Source of the DNA: Camelus ferus
Lineage: Eukaryota
Direction of reading: 5' to 3'
NCBI RefSeq assembly: GCF_009834535.1
Contig: NC_045697.1
Span: 63,738,001-63,802,000 of the forward strand
Length of the DNA: 64,000 nt
The notes below the pieces were generated by a model. It ran no database searches, was not told the DNA's origin, and was given only the letters and a program-made list of their open reading frames with translations. The translations under genes were made by a program, and so were the position numbers. Shown piece after piece: positions 26,790 to 40,285 of the stretch. Position 1 is the first letter of the stretch. Each line of letters begins with the position of its first letter.

Positions 26790-27035
26790 GATATTCAAAT
26801 AAAACTATTTTTAAGATTCCTGTCTTTTAGAAATAATGCTGAAATATTTATGGATGAATTAATGTAACACCTAGGACTTGTCAAAATAATATAGAAAGTA
26901 GATAGTTGAGAATATAGATAAATAATATTATTCATGAATTGGTAATTATTGAAGCTGGGTAATGGCCAAATAAGAATTTATTATACTATTCTACTATTGC
27001 ATATGCTTGGAATTTTCCATTACAAGATTAAAAAC
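26790..27035 (+). mobile_element. Ancient L1MC/L1ME 3' terminus
   Basis: CTTTTAGAAATAATGCTGAAATATTTATGGATGAA...TATTGAAGCTGGGTAATGG...TTATTATACTATTCT...TTGGAATTTTCCATTACAA. Confidence 0.6.
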
Positions 27036-27079
27036 AGATTATAATACAAATAAATCATTTAAAAATTAATAAATGATAT

Positions 27080-27643
27080 GGCTGGAGAGGAAGAAAGTTT
27101 TCTCTGCCCTTTTAAGTTTTTCTAGCTGGTCTGAGAGTTAAATTGACATGAGACAGATTAATAGGAGAATATCAAACAAAAGTTTAATAACATGTACACA
27201 AGGGAGAGACCCAGGAAAACTGAGTAAATAGCTTATTAAACTGGCTGGACTCCTCACCTTAAACAGCATCTTTAGTTAAAGTAGGATGTTGACGGTAGTG
27301 GCTTGGGACTTTAAAGGAGAGGAGGCATTTCACATGGAGATAGAAAAGCAAAGGTTTGGTAGAAAAATGTTGGCTGAGCCCTGCAGAGACAGTGGGTCAC
27401 ATAATGGAGTCCGATCTCTGAGCCCGGCCAAATTTCCCCCAGCATAATTAGCCCGTGTTCTTTGCAGATATCTCTGATGATAACTCTATTCTGGGAACAG
27501 GCCCTTTATCTAAATCTTTAGGCACTTAACGAGGAGGTAACAGAAACACCTTCCTGAATCTTAGTTTCTCAAAAATAATCGGACTAAACTAATCCTTGTG
27601 CCAAAAAGACACATTTTGGGGCGTCCAATTTTGCTCCCCTACA
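27080..27643 (-). mobile_element. ERV1-class solo LTR (MER34/MER39/MER41-like)
   Basis: The minus strand starts TGTAGGGGAGCAAAATTGGACGCCCCAAAATGTGTCTTTTTGGCACAAGGATTA. Polyadenylation-like ATTAAA near 27185-27190. 4-bp ATAT flanks at 27076-27079 and 27644-27647. Confidence 0.8.
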
Positions 27644-27959
27644 ATATCATCCTTAGTCTGACCCACTAGATGCTTATTTCTACTCTGCAGAATCTCTGTT
27701 GTATCATGATTTATTTTCTCCTTTACTTTGTCTAATAATGAAAAATGCCTTTTTCTTTTTGGAAATTTACTTTTTCTGTGTCATACATGCTATCTCCCTA
27801 TAATTTCACATATGTATTTCCTTTTTTCCAAGGCATTTTTACAGACATCAAAAGAATACCTATTAATTTAAGAAAAGCTTTAAAATCTTCTGAAATATTA
27901 AGAAATGGTGAGGGTCAAACTGAGGAGACTAACCATAAATAAAAGCTAAAAGCTATAAA

Positions 27960-29270
27960 ACAGAAACTTCTTCATCTTTCTGAAGTCAAATCCATAAATC
28001 TACCCAAGTTTCTGTGCATTTTCTGTCTTCCCTCCTGTTAAATGCAAGACATGTGCCTCTTGTCAAGACTGTTTCTTCATTTATGCTCTAAATTTAATTT
28101 GTTCTCACCTTCTCTAGGATATCTTTTTTGTTTATTATTCCATTCTTCTGCATCTTCATCTTATTCCTTCTGTTGATTTCTTCTCATCAGGACATGTATC
28201 TCAAATATATTTTTTCAAAGGTCCCTCCTCATCTCTATATTTCGTTGCACATAGAAGCACACCTCATTTTATTGTACTTCACTTCATTGTGTTTCACCAG
28301 TACTGCATTTTTACAAATCGAACATTGTGGCAACTCTGTGTTCAGCAAATCTCTTGGCACCATTTTTCCAACAGTATTTGGTCACTTCTTGTCTCTGTGT
28401 CACATTTTGGTAACTCTTAGGATACTCTAAACCCTCCCAAAAGATGATGACTTGCTAAAGGTTTGATGGTTAGCATTTTTTAACAATAAAGTATTTTAAA
28501 TTAAGGCATGTATATTGTTTTTTTAGACTTAACTCTATGGCACATTTAATGGACCACAGTATAGTGGAAACATGACTTTTATATGCACTGGGGAATCAAA
28601 AAATTTGTGTGACTCATTTTATTGGGATATTCACTTTATTGTGGTGGCCTAGAACTGAACCTGCAGTATCTCCATGGTATGCCTGTATTGATCTTCAATT
28701 TACTCTTAATTCACTTTGATTTGCCTTCACTTTCAGCCTTCTATTACAGCAGACTCTTACAGGGTAGGGTTCTCTGATCTGTTACTTGTCCTGCCATCCT
28801 TCTTTTCCCCTCCAGGCAGCCCTAAATCTATATGCCACCTACTTGCAAATGTTCATCTCCAGGTTAAATTTGTTTTCTGAAACACTGATTTGGTAGTTCT
28901 CATAATCTCAAAACTAACTTGATTGACATTGAAATCTTGTCCTTTGCCCTTAAGTCTGGTCCTTTTATGGTCTCTCTCAACTCAGTAAATTACATTATCA
29001 TCTTAATATCCAATCCACCAAGTCCTGGCCATATATAAAGATGTGTATTTTTAAATATGTCTAATGTCCAACATTTTCAGTATCATTCCCTTATTTCAAA
29101 CTGCCATCATATTTAACTTTGGCTACTGTAACAGCCTCTTAATGACAACCGTGCTTGGAAGAATAGACAGAGATCTTTTTAAAGACAAATTAAATATTTC
29201 ACTCACCCACGTAAAAACCTTCACTAACTTCTCATTTTATTTAGACTAAAATCCAATTTTAAAAAAGTTA
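27960..29270 (+). mobile_element. LINE-2 relic interrupted by the Tigger1 derivative
   Basis: Pyrimidine-rich L2 ORF2-like segments such as GGCTACTGTAACAGCCTCTTAATG and CAGAGATCTTTTTAAAGACAAAT. Boundaries approximate. Confidence 0.45.
28254..28685 (+). mobile_element. Tigger1 internal-deletion derivative (Tc1/mariner-pogo MITE, Tigger1a-like)
   Basis: The 5' end GAAGCACACCTCATTTTATTGTACTTCACTTCATTG and the 3' end CAGTATCTCCATGGTATGCCTG match Tigger1 termini. TA flanks at 28252-28253 and 28686-28687. The transposase region is deleted at ~28432. Confidence 0.9.
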
Positions 29271-29287
29271 ATTTGTAGTGTTAGCTT

Positions 29288-29350
29288 ATTTTCTTTTTTC
29301 TTTTTCTTTTTCTTTTTCTTTCTTTCTTTTTTTTTTTTTTTTTTTTTTTT
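29288..29350. repeat. (CTTTTT)n/poly(T) low-complexity tract
   Basis: Repeated TTTTTC units grading into a long T run. Confidence 0.85.
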
Positions 29351-29824
29351 GGCTTTAATTCCTTTCCCGGGGACTATGCTTGTGTATAATTTTTGTTCAC
29401 TATTTACAGTAACCAAATAAGTTTTTAAACTTATTAAAATGTTATGTTTCTCATTTATTCATTATTTATATTGTATAAAGTTACTCTTAGAAGAAAATAA
29501 TAACACTATACTTTGAAAATAACTTTGGTTTAGAATTATGTATATCTTTAACTTGTTAAAAAAAAAAAAGGTTAAAAAAGTCAAAATTAAACTCCCTTCT
29601 GTATCTTTACCTAAGCAAATAATATCTTGGTACAGTTTTTATCACTAAACTCTTAAGTTAATTTCACTAATTTCAATTTAATTTTTTAAATTACTTTTAC
29701 TAGATTTATAGATGAATATAAGAGTGAAAAATATATATCTAATTTCCTAATCTTAAAAACGTTACATGGGTACATTTTTCTCCATGTCATCATTACATAG
29801 ATACAAAATCACATAAATAAAAAA

Positions 29825-30035
29825 TTGTCAATACTAACAAATACCTATATGGTTCCTGCTATACTTGGTATTATGTACATTACTTAATTTCAGCTTCGCA
29901 TAACCCTCTTCTTTAGATTAGGAAACTGGGACACGTGGTTAAATAATTTGCCCAAAAAGTGATAGGGCAGAATTGAAGCCAGGTAGTCAGACTCCAGATC
30001 CTCTGCTCATTTTAACTACCAAGTAAACTGCCTCT
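29825..30035 (-). mobile_element. MIR SINE relic
   Basis: TTTAGATTAGGAAACTGGGACACGTGGTTAAATAATTTGCCCAA...TTGAAGCCAGGTAGTCAGACTCCAGA. Confidence 0.7.
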
Positions 30036-30430
30036 CAAAGTTGGATGATGATGATGATGACAGTTTTTATTTTCATCACCTTTATTATTTCATATACTCT
30101 GGTAATTTAACTTCTGTAACACATATTTTCTTTCACTTTGTCAAGGTCTCAAGTTGTTATTCTCTGATTTTATTCCACTGTATTAGCACCTATCTATTCT
30201 CATTCAGCAGCTTTTATGTCTTGACTAAATATTTTTTAACACTTAGCTCTCTCATTCCCATGTTGATTCCTTTTACTTCCTGTGGGGCTGTGTATGTACT
30301 AGAAGATTTCCTATTAAATTTCTTTATTTCTATCTCTGCACTGGGGCACGCTGATACTCACAGAGCCCTTATGGAGGATGATAGTGGTAGGTCCTTTATC
30401 AGAAAATCAGGAATCATATTTGATCTAGAA

Positions 30431-30741
30431 CATGATTTAGCAAAGTACAGCCAGTGGATCAAATATAGCTTGCTGCCTATTTCTATATGGCCTTCAAGTT
30501 AAGAATACTTTTTCTATTTTTCAAAGGTTGAAATAAACAAGTAAAATATTTTATAACCCACAAAATTATATAAAATTCAAATTTAATCCTCCATGAATGA
30601 GGTGTATTAGAATACAGACCTTCCTATTTATGAAGTGTCTGCTTTTGCACTGCAGTGACAGAGTATTGGCAAACCCTGTGACCCACAAAGGCCAAAATAT
30701 TTACTCTCTGAGTCTTTACAGATAAAGTTTTTCAGCCACCA
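30431..30741 (+). mobile_element. MER58(B)-like hAT-Charlie MITE
   Basis: Starts CATGATTTAGCAAAGTACAGCCAGTGGATCAAAT and ends AAAATATTTACTCTCTGAGTCTTTACAGATAAAGTTT. Perfect 8-bp hAT-type TSD ATCTAGAA at 30423-30430 and 30742-30749. Confidence 0.85.
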
Positions 30742-31665
30742 ATCTAGAACCTTTCTGTTCTAATGTATTCAGAGTTTAGACTCTGTTGTAGAATGTTACC
30801 CTGTTACCTGCCCCCAGCTCAGACCGCACTCATTTCCAACCTTGCTCTAATTTTTGTATCACTTTGCCTAATGGAAAAATAAACCCCTCTAGACAGAATG
30901 ATCCCATATTTATCTATCCTTGTTAATATCCTTGAACAGCCAAAACTTATGGTTGTTGTTGGGAACCAGACTTACTTTGCAGAACTGAAGTATGGATAGT
31001 CATTTAAAGAAAATATTAAGAAAATACTTAATACTGTAAATTAAAATTAATAAGTAATAAAATACTTTTGTTTTCCTCTTCTTTTCTTGATTCCAGCAGC
31101 TTTATATTAGAAGGCATTTATCTTTGTCTAATTACATATTACTGTGTTATATTTATTAGGGTTATCTTTCCAATGTGATTTTGATTTTCTCTTAGGATTA
31201 AAATTGTTACCTGGCCTATAATGATAACAGATGCTTTCTTTTTGTCCTTTGATACTCAATATGCAGAAATCTCAAACTGTCTGAACACCAACTACAGTTT
31301 AATTCAACAAGTGATAGCATGCTTCATTTATATTTATATCACCATCTATATGGTAATGTCAGGGACAGCACTTAGGAAACTTTTACTCCCACTTGGCTGG
31401 GGCTTGTCTTTCCAGCATTTGTAACTTTTATTGCAAATGAAATGTCAAACCTGATGGCCTAAATACGGCACCCAATCTGAGAACCCTGTCTCCCTGGCAT
31501 ATGTGTGTTCTTCTTTACAGCAGCGTAATAAGCGCTCACACATCTTTTTGATTGTCCATGTTCCTTTTCAAAGCCTTCTTATATTTAGCAGAGAATAAAG
31601 CAAAGGAGATCTCCACAAGTTATTAGATTGAAACTTTTTTTCAGGTAATAGAAGGATTCCATTCT

Positions 31666-31712
31666 TCTGTACTTGAATTTATACTAAGTCTGTACTTGAA
31701 TTTATACTAAGT
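31666..31712. repeat. Perfect 23-bp tandem duplication
   Basis: TCTGTACTTGAATTTATACTAAG at 31666-31688 and 31689-31711, plus 1 nt of a third unit. Confidence 0.95.
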
Positions 31713-32354
31713 TACATAGCAGGGTTCAAAGTAATAGATTCTACTTCTCAGAGAGCCAGGTTTGATATGATGTCATGTTGCTTCTGCTATTTACATCTGC
31801 TGAACCTATGGTCTTTGTGAAATAAAAGAGGAAGGATTTGTAATAGGTCAGATAAATTTGCAGTGTCAGATTCAGGGGCATAGGTACTGAATGCTTCTCA
31901 CTAACAACAGAAAAGGAGCGGTATTTTGCACTCATAACTTTTTAAGTGTCCATCAGTTAATATTAAATATGCTATTTGAAAGTTAAAATACACTGATTAC
32001 CATCTTAGGCCCTCCCTTGTGTAAACATATTTTTATTCTATGAGGGTTACGCTTGTTGGCACAGAGCACCCTGTAAGATAAAAGTTTTCGGTAACTCAGA
32101 GAGGGATGATGTTGGTGGGTCCCTCAGAAAAATCAGCAGTCATGTTTTGCTTTAGAATTTTGGTCTTCAAATTTATTCACTTTCACCCAACTTCATAAAA
32201 TTTCCCCCTTTATTCTTAGAAGAAATTCTGCTCTAATATCATAGTATTACACTATGTTCTTTCTACTGTAGGGCACATAGTAAAATTTTGTGCTCTGTTT
32301 ACCAAATTTTTTCTATGAAATATAATGGGAAAATTTAAGAATTTAGAGATCAAT

Positions 32355-32415
32355 CTCTCTCTTGCTCTCTCTCTCTCAAATACACACACACCACGCACAG
32401 ACACAAACACACACA
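32355..32415. repeat. Compound imperfect (CT)n/(CA)n microsatellite
   Basis: TCTCTCTCTTGCTCTCTCTCTCTC followed by interrupted ACACAC runs. Confidence 0.85.
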
Positions 32416-35169
32416 GCTTTTCAAGACTTCAGTTTTTCTAGGATCTCAGTAAGTCCTATTTGAATCTTGAAGTTGAATAGTGACTCCTTTATTCCTGGCT
32501 TGATGCTGTGATTTCTCACAAAGTAATAAACACCATTGGAACATTGAATGGGAAAGTCGCAAGACACGTAGGACCTAGGAATTACCAGAAACAAAAACAC
32601 ACTGGTTTAGTATTTCACAAAAACCTCTCTCCCTTTAAATTTCTTGTCAGAACTATAGCTTTTAAGTCCTGTCCTCACCTCCTCTTTTACTTGCCTTCAT
32701 GCAATTTAAGTTTCCTGCAGTACAGTCAGATCGTATTTCTCCCCTTCTCAGACTCTCAAGTGATTTCCCACTGCCTGTTATATTAAGGGCTTAGGTGAAT
32801 TTTAGCATTTGAGACGTTACTAATATGTCCCTGACTAGCTTTAAATTTGTCTTTCCTCTCATGTGTTCCCTGGGCTTCAACAACCAGCACTTTCCTACTT
32901 TGGGTAATACTATTTCCTCTGATTAGAAGGTGCCCTCTGATAACTCCGCCTGTCAAAATCTCAACCATTCTTTAATGCTTACATTAAATCAGTGTCATGC
33001 TGAGAGCTTTGACCCCAGTAAAATGGGAAACCATATTAACTCATTTTGTGTTCCACATGAACACTTGCATTGCTCCCCTCTATTTCTTGTCATTATATAG
33101 TTTGCTAGGAAATACTTTCCAAAACTAGGTAAGTGCCAGTATTAAAAACAAAATGATATTGTGCCTGTTACTAGTACACATACTCTTTTGAAATAAATTT
33201 GGAAACTTGAAGTACTAGTTACTAATTATTAGATCCCAACTGAGAAGTGTTATTTGTCCTCCAAGAGTAGAAGGGTTTTCTCCACTAATATTCTTTTCTA
33301 ATTCAGAGCAAATAAACTCCTCCCAGTCTTAAGCAGTTTGTCAGAGAGCCTGTGCAGCAGAGAATTATCTCTAAAAATTAGAAACAATATACATGTTAGA
33401 AGTTTCCTGTTCTGTATAGATAACAATCCAGTTCTATGTGCAGCTGGAACAGATTGTGCACGATACTCAAATTCTGAAAGATTTTAAATACTATAAATTT
33501 TATTATGCAGTGATGCTTTTAAGGCAATCATTAATTCTCAAATTTGAATATGCCTTTAAAGCTACGTTTTTATTACTGAAGTCAAGTAAAGAAGTAAGGC
33601 AACCTTTAGTAATTAAATATAATAAAATTTGGTTGAATCTAAGTGTTCCCTTTGACAAGGGACATACTGTTTACGCAAGAATTAAAATTTAAAAAATCCA
33701 AATCTTATCCTATAATTATGTCATTTAATTAGTTAACTAATTAATTAGGCACATATTTGTTGAGCACTGTGTGCCAGACACAAACTGTGCCACATATTGG
33801 TGATAAAAAAGTGATCAAAATAGACATGCTCTTCGACATTACCCAAATGCTCATTTCAAACTGATATTAGTTACTCTATTGAGGAATATGGCCTAGACAG
33901 AAAGTCTAATTACCTTTCAGTTGGCCATGAGTGCATAATTAATTGTGACACCTTATGAGCACCTATTTTTTTTTATTATTTTAACTGTATGCTATTCTTT
34001 ATCCTCCATTTTTACTATCATTCTAACTTGAATTACAGAGTTCAGCTTTTTCTTTTTCTTACTAAAAAGATTTAGAGAACTTAAGTTTTTTAAATGTTTA
34101 ATATAAACTTTATAAAAGTGTATCACACATACTTAATAATCATTCTGATTTATAAGTCAGTTTTTGTACATCACAATGACATCAAGTTATTTTTAGCATT
34201 TTTCCTCCAATTTGTGTCATAAAATCATTAGCTGTATTTTAAAGTTAAATGAGAAAATATTTTCAGTGAAAATACAGTTTGTTTTTAATTTTTTTTACAC
34301 AAGAGCAGTCTCATATAAAGAGAAATTTTATTACCTAAAAAATTAACATGGAAACATAAATTAATGCTCACATTTCTTTGTTCTGATTCTTGATCTTTTC
34401 ACTGTACTGAGCCAGACAGTAATACATTTTTAAAAATCTAAAAAAACATTTCCTTGTAAAAGGTGCCAAAATATACCTGATTTTTCACCTTGCTAGTTTT
34501 CACTAAATTTCTGTAAAACTTGACAAAGACAAGATAAAATGTTAAAGCCAAGTAAGTTATATATATTAGTGGTGCATATAAAAATGACAGACAATAAAAT
34601 CAACAGTGTTAAAAGTGCTACTATGCTATGTTAAGCTAATTGTGCACGATACTCTTACTCTCTAAGGTACAAATATTGTTGCATATATGAATGTATTTTG
34701 ATATTCCATGTTATTTACTGAGATCCTGATTATTATTTCTCAGATTTTAGTAAGTAAAAAAAAATTAAATACATGTCAGGAATTAGAGAGTTTGAAGCTG
34801 CTGGTGACTGTATTCCATCCATTCATTTTAATTGATGTGGAAAATATGGCAGCTATCACGTTGCATTTGTGTTTATTAGATAAAAAGCAGTCTGTGACAT
34901 AAAACTCAATCTATGTAAATATTTGAGTTGTGATTACATGTGCATTGTGTGGACAGTTTAGTTTCATTTTCAATTATTCAGTTGTTCATTTATTTTTCAT
35001 AAGTAGAAGGGGTGAGCCGCTAGCACCTAAGAAACTGAGGATTAGGGTATACACATTATACACATGATTGGCCTAACTTCACAATTTTATTGAGAAAGTC
35101 AATGTGTTCAATTAAAAATGTCTTATCACCCTCTCTTGCAAGTAGTGTTGAACATGTCCCACTGTTGTG

Positions 35170-35470
35170 CAATGTGGGTTAAATAAAAGTTGAAACCTCT
35201 TTTAAAATGAGGCAGATTCAATCGGCCCTTGCCGTTTTTGACTTTAACGTGTCCATCTACTTTCTGCATGAAATGTAGACATAAAGGTTGAAGCCATCTT
35301 GAAACTTGGAGAAGCTAAGAGATTCTAACAGACTTGTATCCTGACATCTTAAGCCATTGCATTGGATCTGAATGCCTACTTTCCAACCTAAGGTTATATT
35401 AGAAAACACATATTTCTGTTATGTGAAATACTGTTATTTGTTACATCAAAACAAACCCAGTCCTTAAAGG
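35170..35470 (+). mobile_element. Old MaLR LTR fragment (MLT1-like)
   Basis: GAAGCCATCTTG...CCTGACATCTTAAGCCATTG...TATTTGTTACATCAAAACAAACCCAGTCCT has the layout of an MLT1 3' half. Confidence 0.5.
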
Positions 35471-38400
35471 TAGTGCATGTTTACAGGTGCATAGTGGATC
35501 TTGCATTGTATATACATCCATTAAAAAGGAGTAAGAAAACTATATACCAACTGATCAAAAACGTACAGAAAAAAACACATATGAAAGGACTTGTACCTCT
35601 GCCTGGAAACACTTGTGATACTTGTTATTAAAATGAGCAGAATGGTGGGTAACCCTCAAATAGAAAGAGGGAGGCAACTCACACACCTCATACTTTGGGT
35701 GTGAATTTTTTTTTTTTTTTGAGTGTAATAGCACCCAGTTCAAGGTAGCTCTAGTTTTAAACCACTTTTAAGAGTTTATCTAAATTGATCCTTTAGAGCT
35801 GATTATTCATATTTTCTCCTTACAAATAGAAACTCAAAACAATTTTTTTCTAAGACATTTTTAGTAAATAATCTCTGTAAAGATTGCACATCCACGCTGT
35901 TTCCCATAACTGATCTTTCTTGGTGCATTGGGAGAAATTGATTGTATTGAACTATTCCTTGCTTTTACAACATAACCCTGGAACCTACAACAGCAAACAA
36001 TCTGCCATATTCTGGTCAGGGAAATGAATGACCATTTTCTAAGGCACCTGCCAGTGCCATGCAGTTCACTGGGCATGAAAATCAAAGTTCTGTGATCTTT
36101 AACCAAATTCCTAGGCACAACCCAGCTTCAGGCACACTTGGATGTTGTGCCTGAGCAGGGAATGAGTAGCTGCTGACCACACGGCCCCTCCTGATTCCTG
36201 AATGATTTCCGAGTGCTGCCTGCCAGAACTTGCATGTGTTGTAGTCTCCGCAGCAGTGGGTTGCAAATCTGTCTAAATCTAGGACAAACATTTTTTCCAA
36301 AATAGACAGAATAGAAACATATTTGCAAAGTAATCAGTATGATAGCTTACTGTGACATCCAAAACAGGACTCTGAAGATTGTAACTAAAAAGAAACTCTG
36401 AAGATAGACATATATTTTATTAAATATATTTAATCCCTAAATATTTGCCCTTTTATCCACTAGGAAGATATAGCTGGAAATTTATGCTACCAAATAATGC
36501 CTAGAGATCTAAAAGTCTGTTATTGTTTACACAAGTTCAACTAATTGTTTGATGTAAATGATTACTTAGCGGATGATATCAGCAGACATCTGTTTGCTTG
36601 ATTTTAGAGTTTTCTCCTGAGTAGTCTAGCTTTGTACATTAATTCTGAAACTTGGCTGAGTCCCAAAATAAGCAAAATAAACATTGATTGTAGTCAGAAG
36701 CCATGGAAATATTAAAAGTCACAGAGATATTTCTGAAATGGACTTTTAACAAATTGTCAGCTTAACTTATTTTCTACCTACTCAACTTACAAACATACAC
36801 ATTCAGGATACATTCAGTATCCTGAAATTTCCATTTTCAGAGTTTTGTCTAAATTATCAGAGTACCCTGGGCCTCAGATAATTTGATTCCACTGAGTTCA
36901 ATTTTTCATTCCAAGGAATATGACAGTTCTCTGTACTATCTTTTTTTACATGAATTACACATCTCATATAAAAGAGTAGAAATCTAGGCCAATTTGAATG
37001 TGATATTCACCTGACAGTTGGATGCAATAAAATAATCTAATATCCATAATTATTTTCTTAACCTATGAATCATAAAACTGTCATCATGAAAAATAATAAT
37101 TTTGGTTAGGACAGGTTTAATGCAGTTTAATATTATTTTTTATTATTTCAATCCATTTAAGTTTTTACGGTGATCTCCTTCTTGAGAAATTCAGGGTTGA
37201 CCTTTGCTACTTGATACATGTTTTTTTTCCTCTAAAGAAATTTACTCATTATATTGAATAAAATAAAAATTTCTAGGTTCTGATATATTTTACAAGGCAA
37301 AGAACCTTACATTTTTTGCTTAACTTTTAGACGGTCCAATGATATAAATTGATGTTATAAAAATCTTACATGAGATGCGGAAGCAGTATAAGAAAATCCA
37401 CGACCCTCACAATGTCCTATCACATGCTGTTAATAAATTTAAGTTTAGAAATAGGAACTCTAGTTTCTTTTATCTGATTTCACTGTTTAATGACTTAAAA
37501 AGTCAAAATAATCCAGAATATTCGGAACATATATATGGTTAAAAACAAATTTTGCTAATCTATGCAAATAAATAAAACATATTAAACATACAAATATTCA
37601 AAAATAGATATCAATAGTAAAGTTTTTAAAATATGTCTAATTCTGGCTCCAGAATGCATTTTGCACATTTTAGTACTACGCTTTACTTAGTATTTTTGCC
37701 TATTCCAGTAATAAATTTAGATTATTAAAAAAAACTAATAATTGAGTAAGAAAGGGTATCTGAGCTGCACTTACCTTTTAACCTTGTTCATCTTCAAAGT
37801 GAAATGTTCGTGGGACCAGCATATGTTTATTGTCTAGTGACAATGTTTAAAGAGCTATGCTAAGTAATCAGACATGAAGCTAAAATGAAGATTGATACAT
37901 TTATTCTTGTCACTTTAAAGCAGTTGAATGAATGTTTGCCCAAACCTCTTTGGTCCTAGGAAATAGAAATCAATCAAGGAAAATCTCATAAATATATAAA
38001 AGTGATAATAGATTTTGAGAGGCATTTGGAGTCCTTGCTACACTCCAGGGACTCCATTGTGCATGTCCCTGATCTCTCCAGGAAGTCTGGACTGGAGCTA
38101 CTTTATGCCCCTGTTCCTGAGAACAGAGGGGATTATTGCTTCTACTTCAACTTCCTGTTTTGCTTCTTCACTCTCAAAGGACACAAAGAGAAGGAACAAG
38201 TGGGAGAAAATAATTTAATGTACAGCTGCTCAAAAAACTTGTTTTATATTGCCATTTCTCCAACAAATCTTAAATTAATTGGAGTAAATTGGAGAAAAAA
38301 GTAAAGCTAAATGTATATTTAATTTTGTTAATTGTTCAGTAGTCAAAATTGCAGAGTTTTTATTTGTATGTTTGAAGAGGATTAATTTTCATAATTAAAA

Positions 38401-40104
38401 ACATTTACTAAAAATAAATTAGAAAATAAAAATAAGCCAGAAAAAAATCACCTCTGGTGCCAAATATATCCTTAGATAACTGAAAGACCTTTGATGTTTA
38501 AGAATTTGAAAGAGGTAAATACTAATGAGCTTCTGATCATTAAAGTCACATCACTTTGAAAAACTGTTAAAACTAAAGGGTTAAATCAAGTGACTCCTTA
38601 AATACTATATTCTAATTTGAATGATGCTCTCTCCTTTTCTTTTTGTTTTTTAAATGTAGTTTAAATTTTTGCTCTCCATACTTTAGGGCATTTATTTTAT
38701 ATTATAATCCTTATCTTCATTTGGTATATATTTTGAAGCCTCAGTATGGTATTATTGATTTGTGATCCATATTTCTCTTTATAAAGGAAAGTAATTATAA
38801 CCCGTTCCCAAGAACAAGAGAGAGATTTTGATTAAAAAAAATTTTACCAACCTACTACACTTTATTATTTTCATAATTTGAAGTAATAAGTATGAGAGTT
38901 TTAAAATTATCTTACTCTGTAGTGTTTACCTATTGTGATACTATTGATAGAATCAGATTATCTAATTAATTTATGTTACAGTTCTTCAGGTTTTCATTTA
39001 TTTCACATATTTATTGAGCACCTTCTCTGAGATGGGCCCCGTGCTAGTTTTCTTATTTAACATGCTGTCAGATTATTTTCAACTGTGTATTATTAATCAG
39101 ACTTAAATCTGCAGGGGATTTTCAAAATTACAGTCTAAATCACTTTTCTCATTTTGAATATCAAAAAGGTAACAAAATAACAACAAAGTCCCAGAGAACT
39201 TAAATGGCTTCCCCAGGTGGTTGATAAACCAACTCTCTAAAATAGGAGTGAATTATGAACATAGATGATAAGAAAATTTAGCTGTTACTATAAAATCAAA
39301 CTAAAATTTATTAGAGTAGGCAAGCGATGGAAAATTTTACTTATAGAAATGGTTTTTACTCATGAGAATAGGTTTTCCCCCAGTTTAAGGTTGTTACAAT
39401 AGTTAACATCATAATTTTCCAATAGAATTATCTTAATATGGTTACAACAGTCCCAGAGAATAAAAGATTAAAATATTTTTTTACCCAAGCTTAGGAAAGG
39501 AACAAGTATAGATGATACTTACAAAAATGCATAAATATAAAGAACATCATCATAATTCCTTATCTGTAGCGCTCAATCAGAACTGGTTTTACATAAAACC
39601 TATCTCTTGGGTGAACTCTTTTTGTTCTTAGTCGAAATAAATTGAATAAATTAAAAAAATAAAAATGAAGTACATAAAGCATCTGCAGAGGTCGGGAAAT
39701 AACATTAGGTTAGTTTAAAAGTTGCAAATAATAGCAGGTAAGGATCAGGGCGAAGATGTCAACTATTTTTGTCTTTAAATGTTGCTCTGTTTTTAAATGT
39801 AACACTCTTTTATGATATCTTTTCAATTGACTTTAGAAAAAAATACATAAGTTGTATTTTTGCCCATTTTGTCTCCGTGTTAGAATAAAAACTTAATTTC
39901 TTTCTGAAGAGAATGTTGTCCTGCCAAATGGACCCCTTAGTTGAAGTCCTTATAAAGCATAGTTTTCAAAAAGGGAAATCCATCCCACCCTTGCTCTGCA
40001 GTGAACTGGCTAACAGGCCAACAGAATCTTTTCCCCTCAGTAACCATAACCTTGAACCCACTATTGCTCAGAAACTTTCACAGAGTTTGCCTGAGGGAAC
40101 TTGC

Positions 40105-40285
40105 TCAGTGCTTCCGTTTCTTGACCCTATCTAAGAATCTGATGAAAACTAATAGTGCTACCAAGTCCCTAGAGAAAAACACACCTACAGCGTACACAGT
40201 GCCCTGCCACCAACACACACAGTAGTTGTCAGGAAGTTCACAGATTTTTCTGATGCCTAAACTCCTACCCTAGAGACTCTAAGAT
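40105..40285. mobile_element. MER103C-like hAT-Charlie relic
   Basis: GAATCTGATGAAAACTAAT...CCCTAGAGAAAAACACACCTACA...CAGGAAGTTCACAGA resembles the recalled MER103C core. Strongly diverged. Confidence 0.55.

Noticed and set aside
30041..30502. 153-aa ORF, among the longest outside L1
   Set aside because: It starts at TTG in a (GAT)n microsatellite, is F/L/S/I-biased as expected for T-rich DNA, and runs into a MER58 element.
33725..33744. Perfect 20-bp palindrome TTAATTAGTTAACTAATTAA
   Set aside because: It is low-complexity AT-rich sequence at the simple-repeat tail of a probable L2 relic, with no supporting context.
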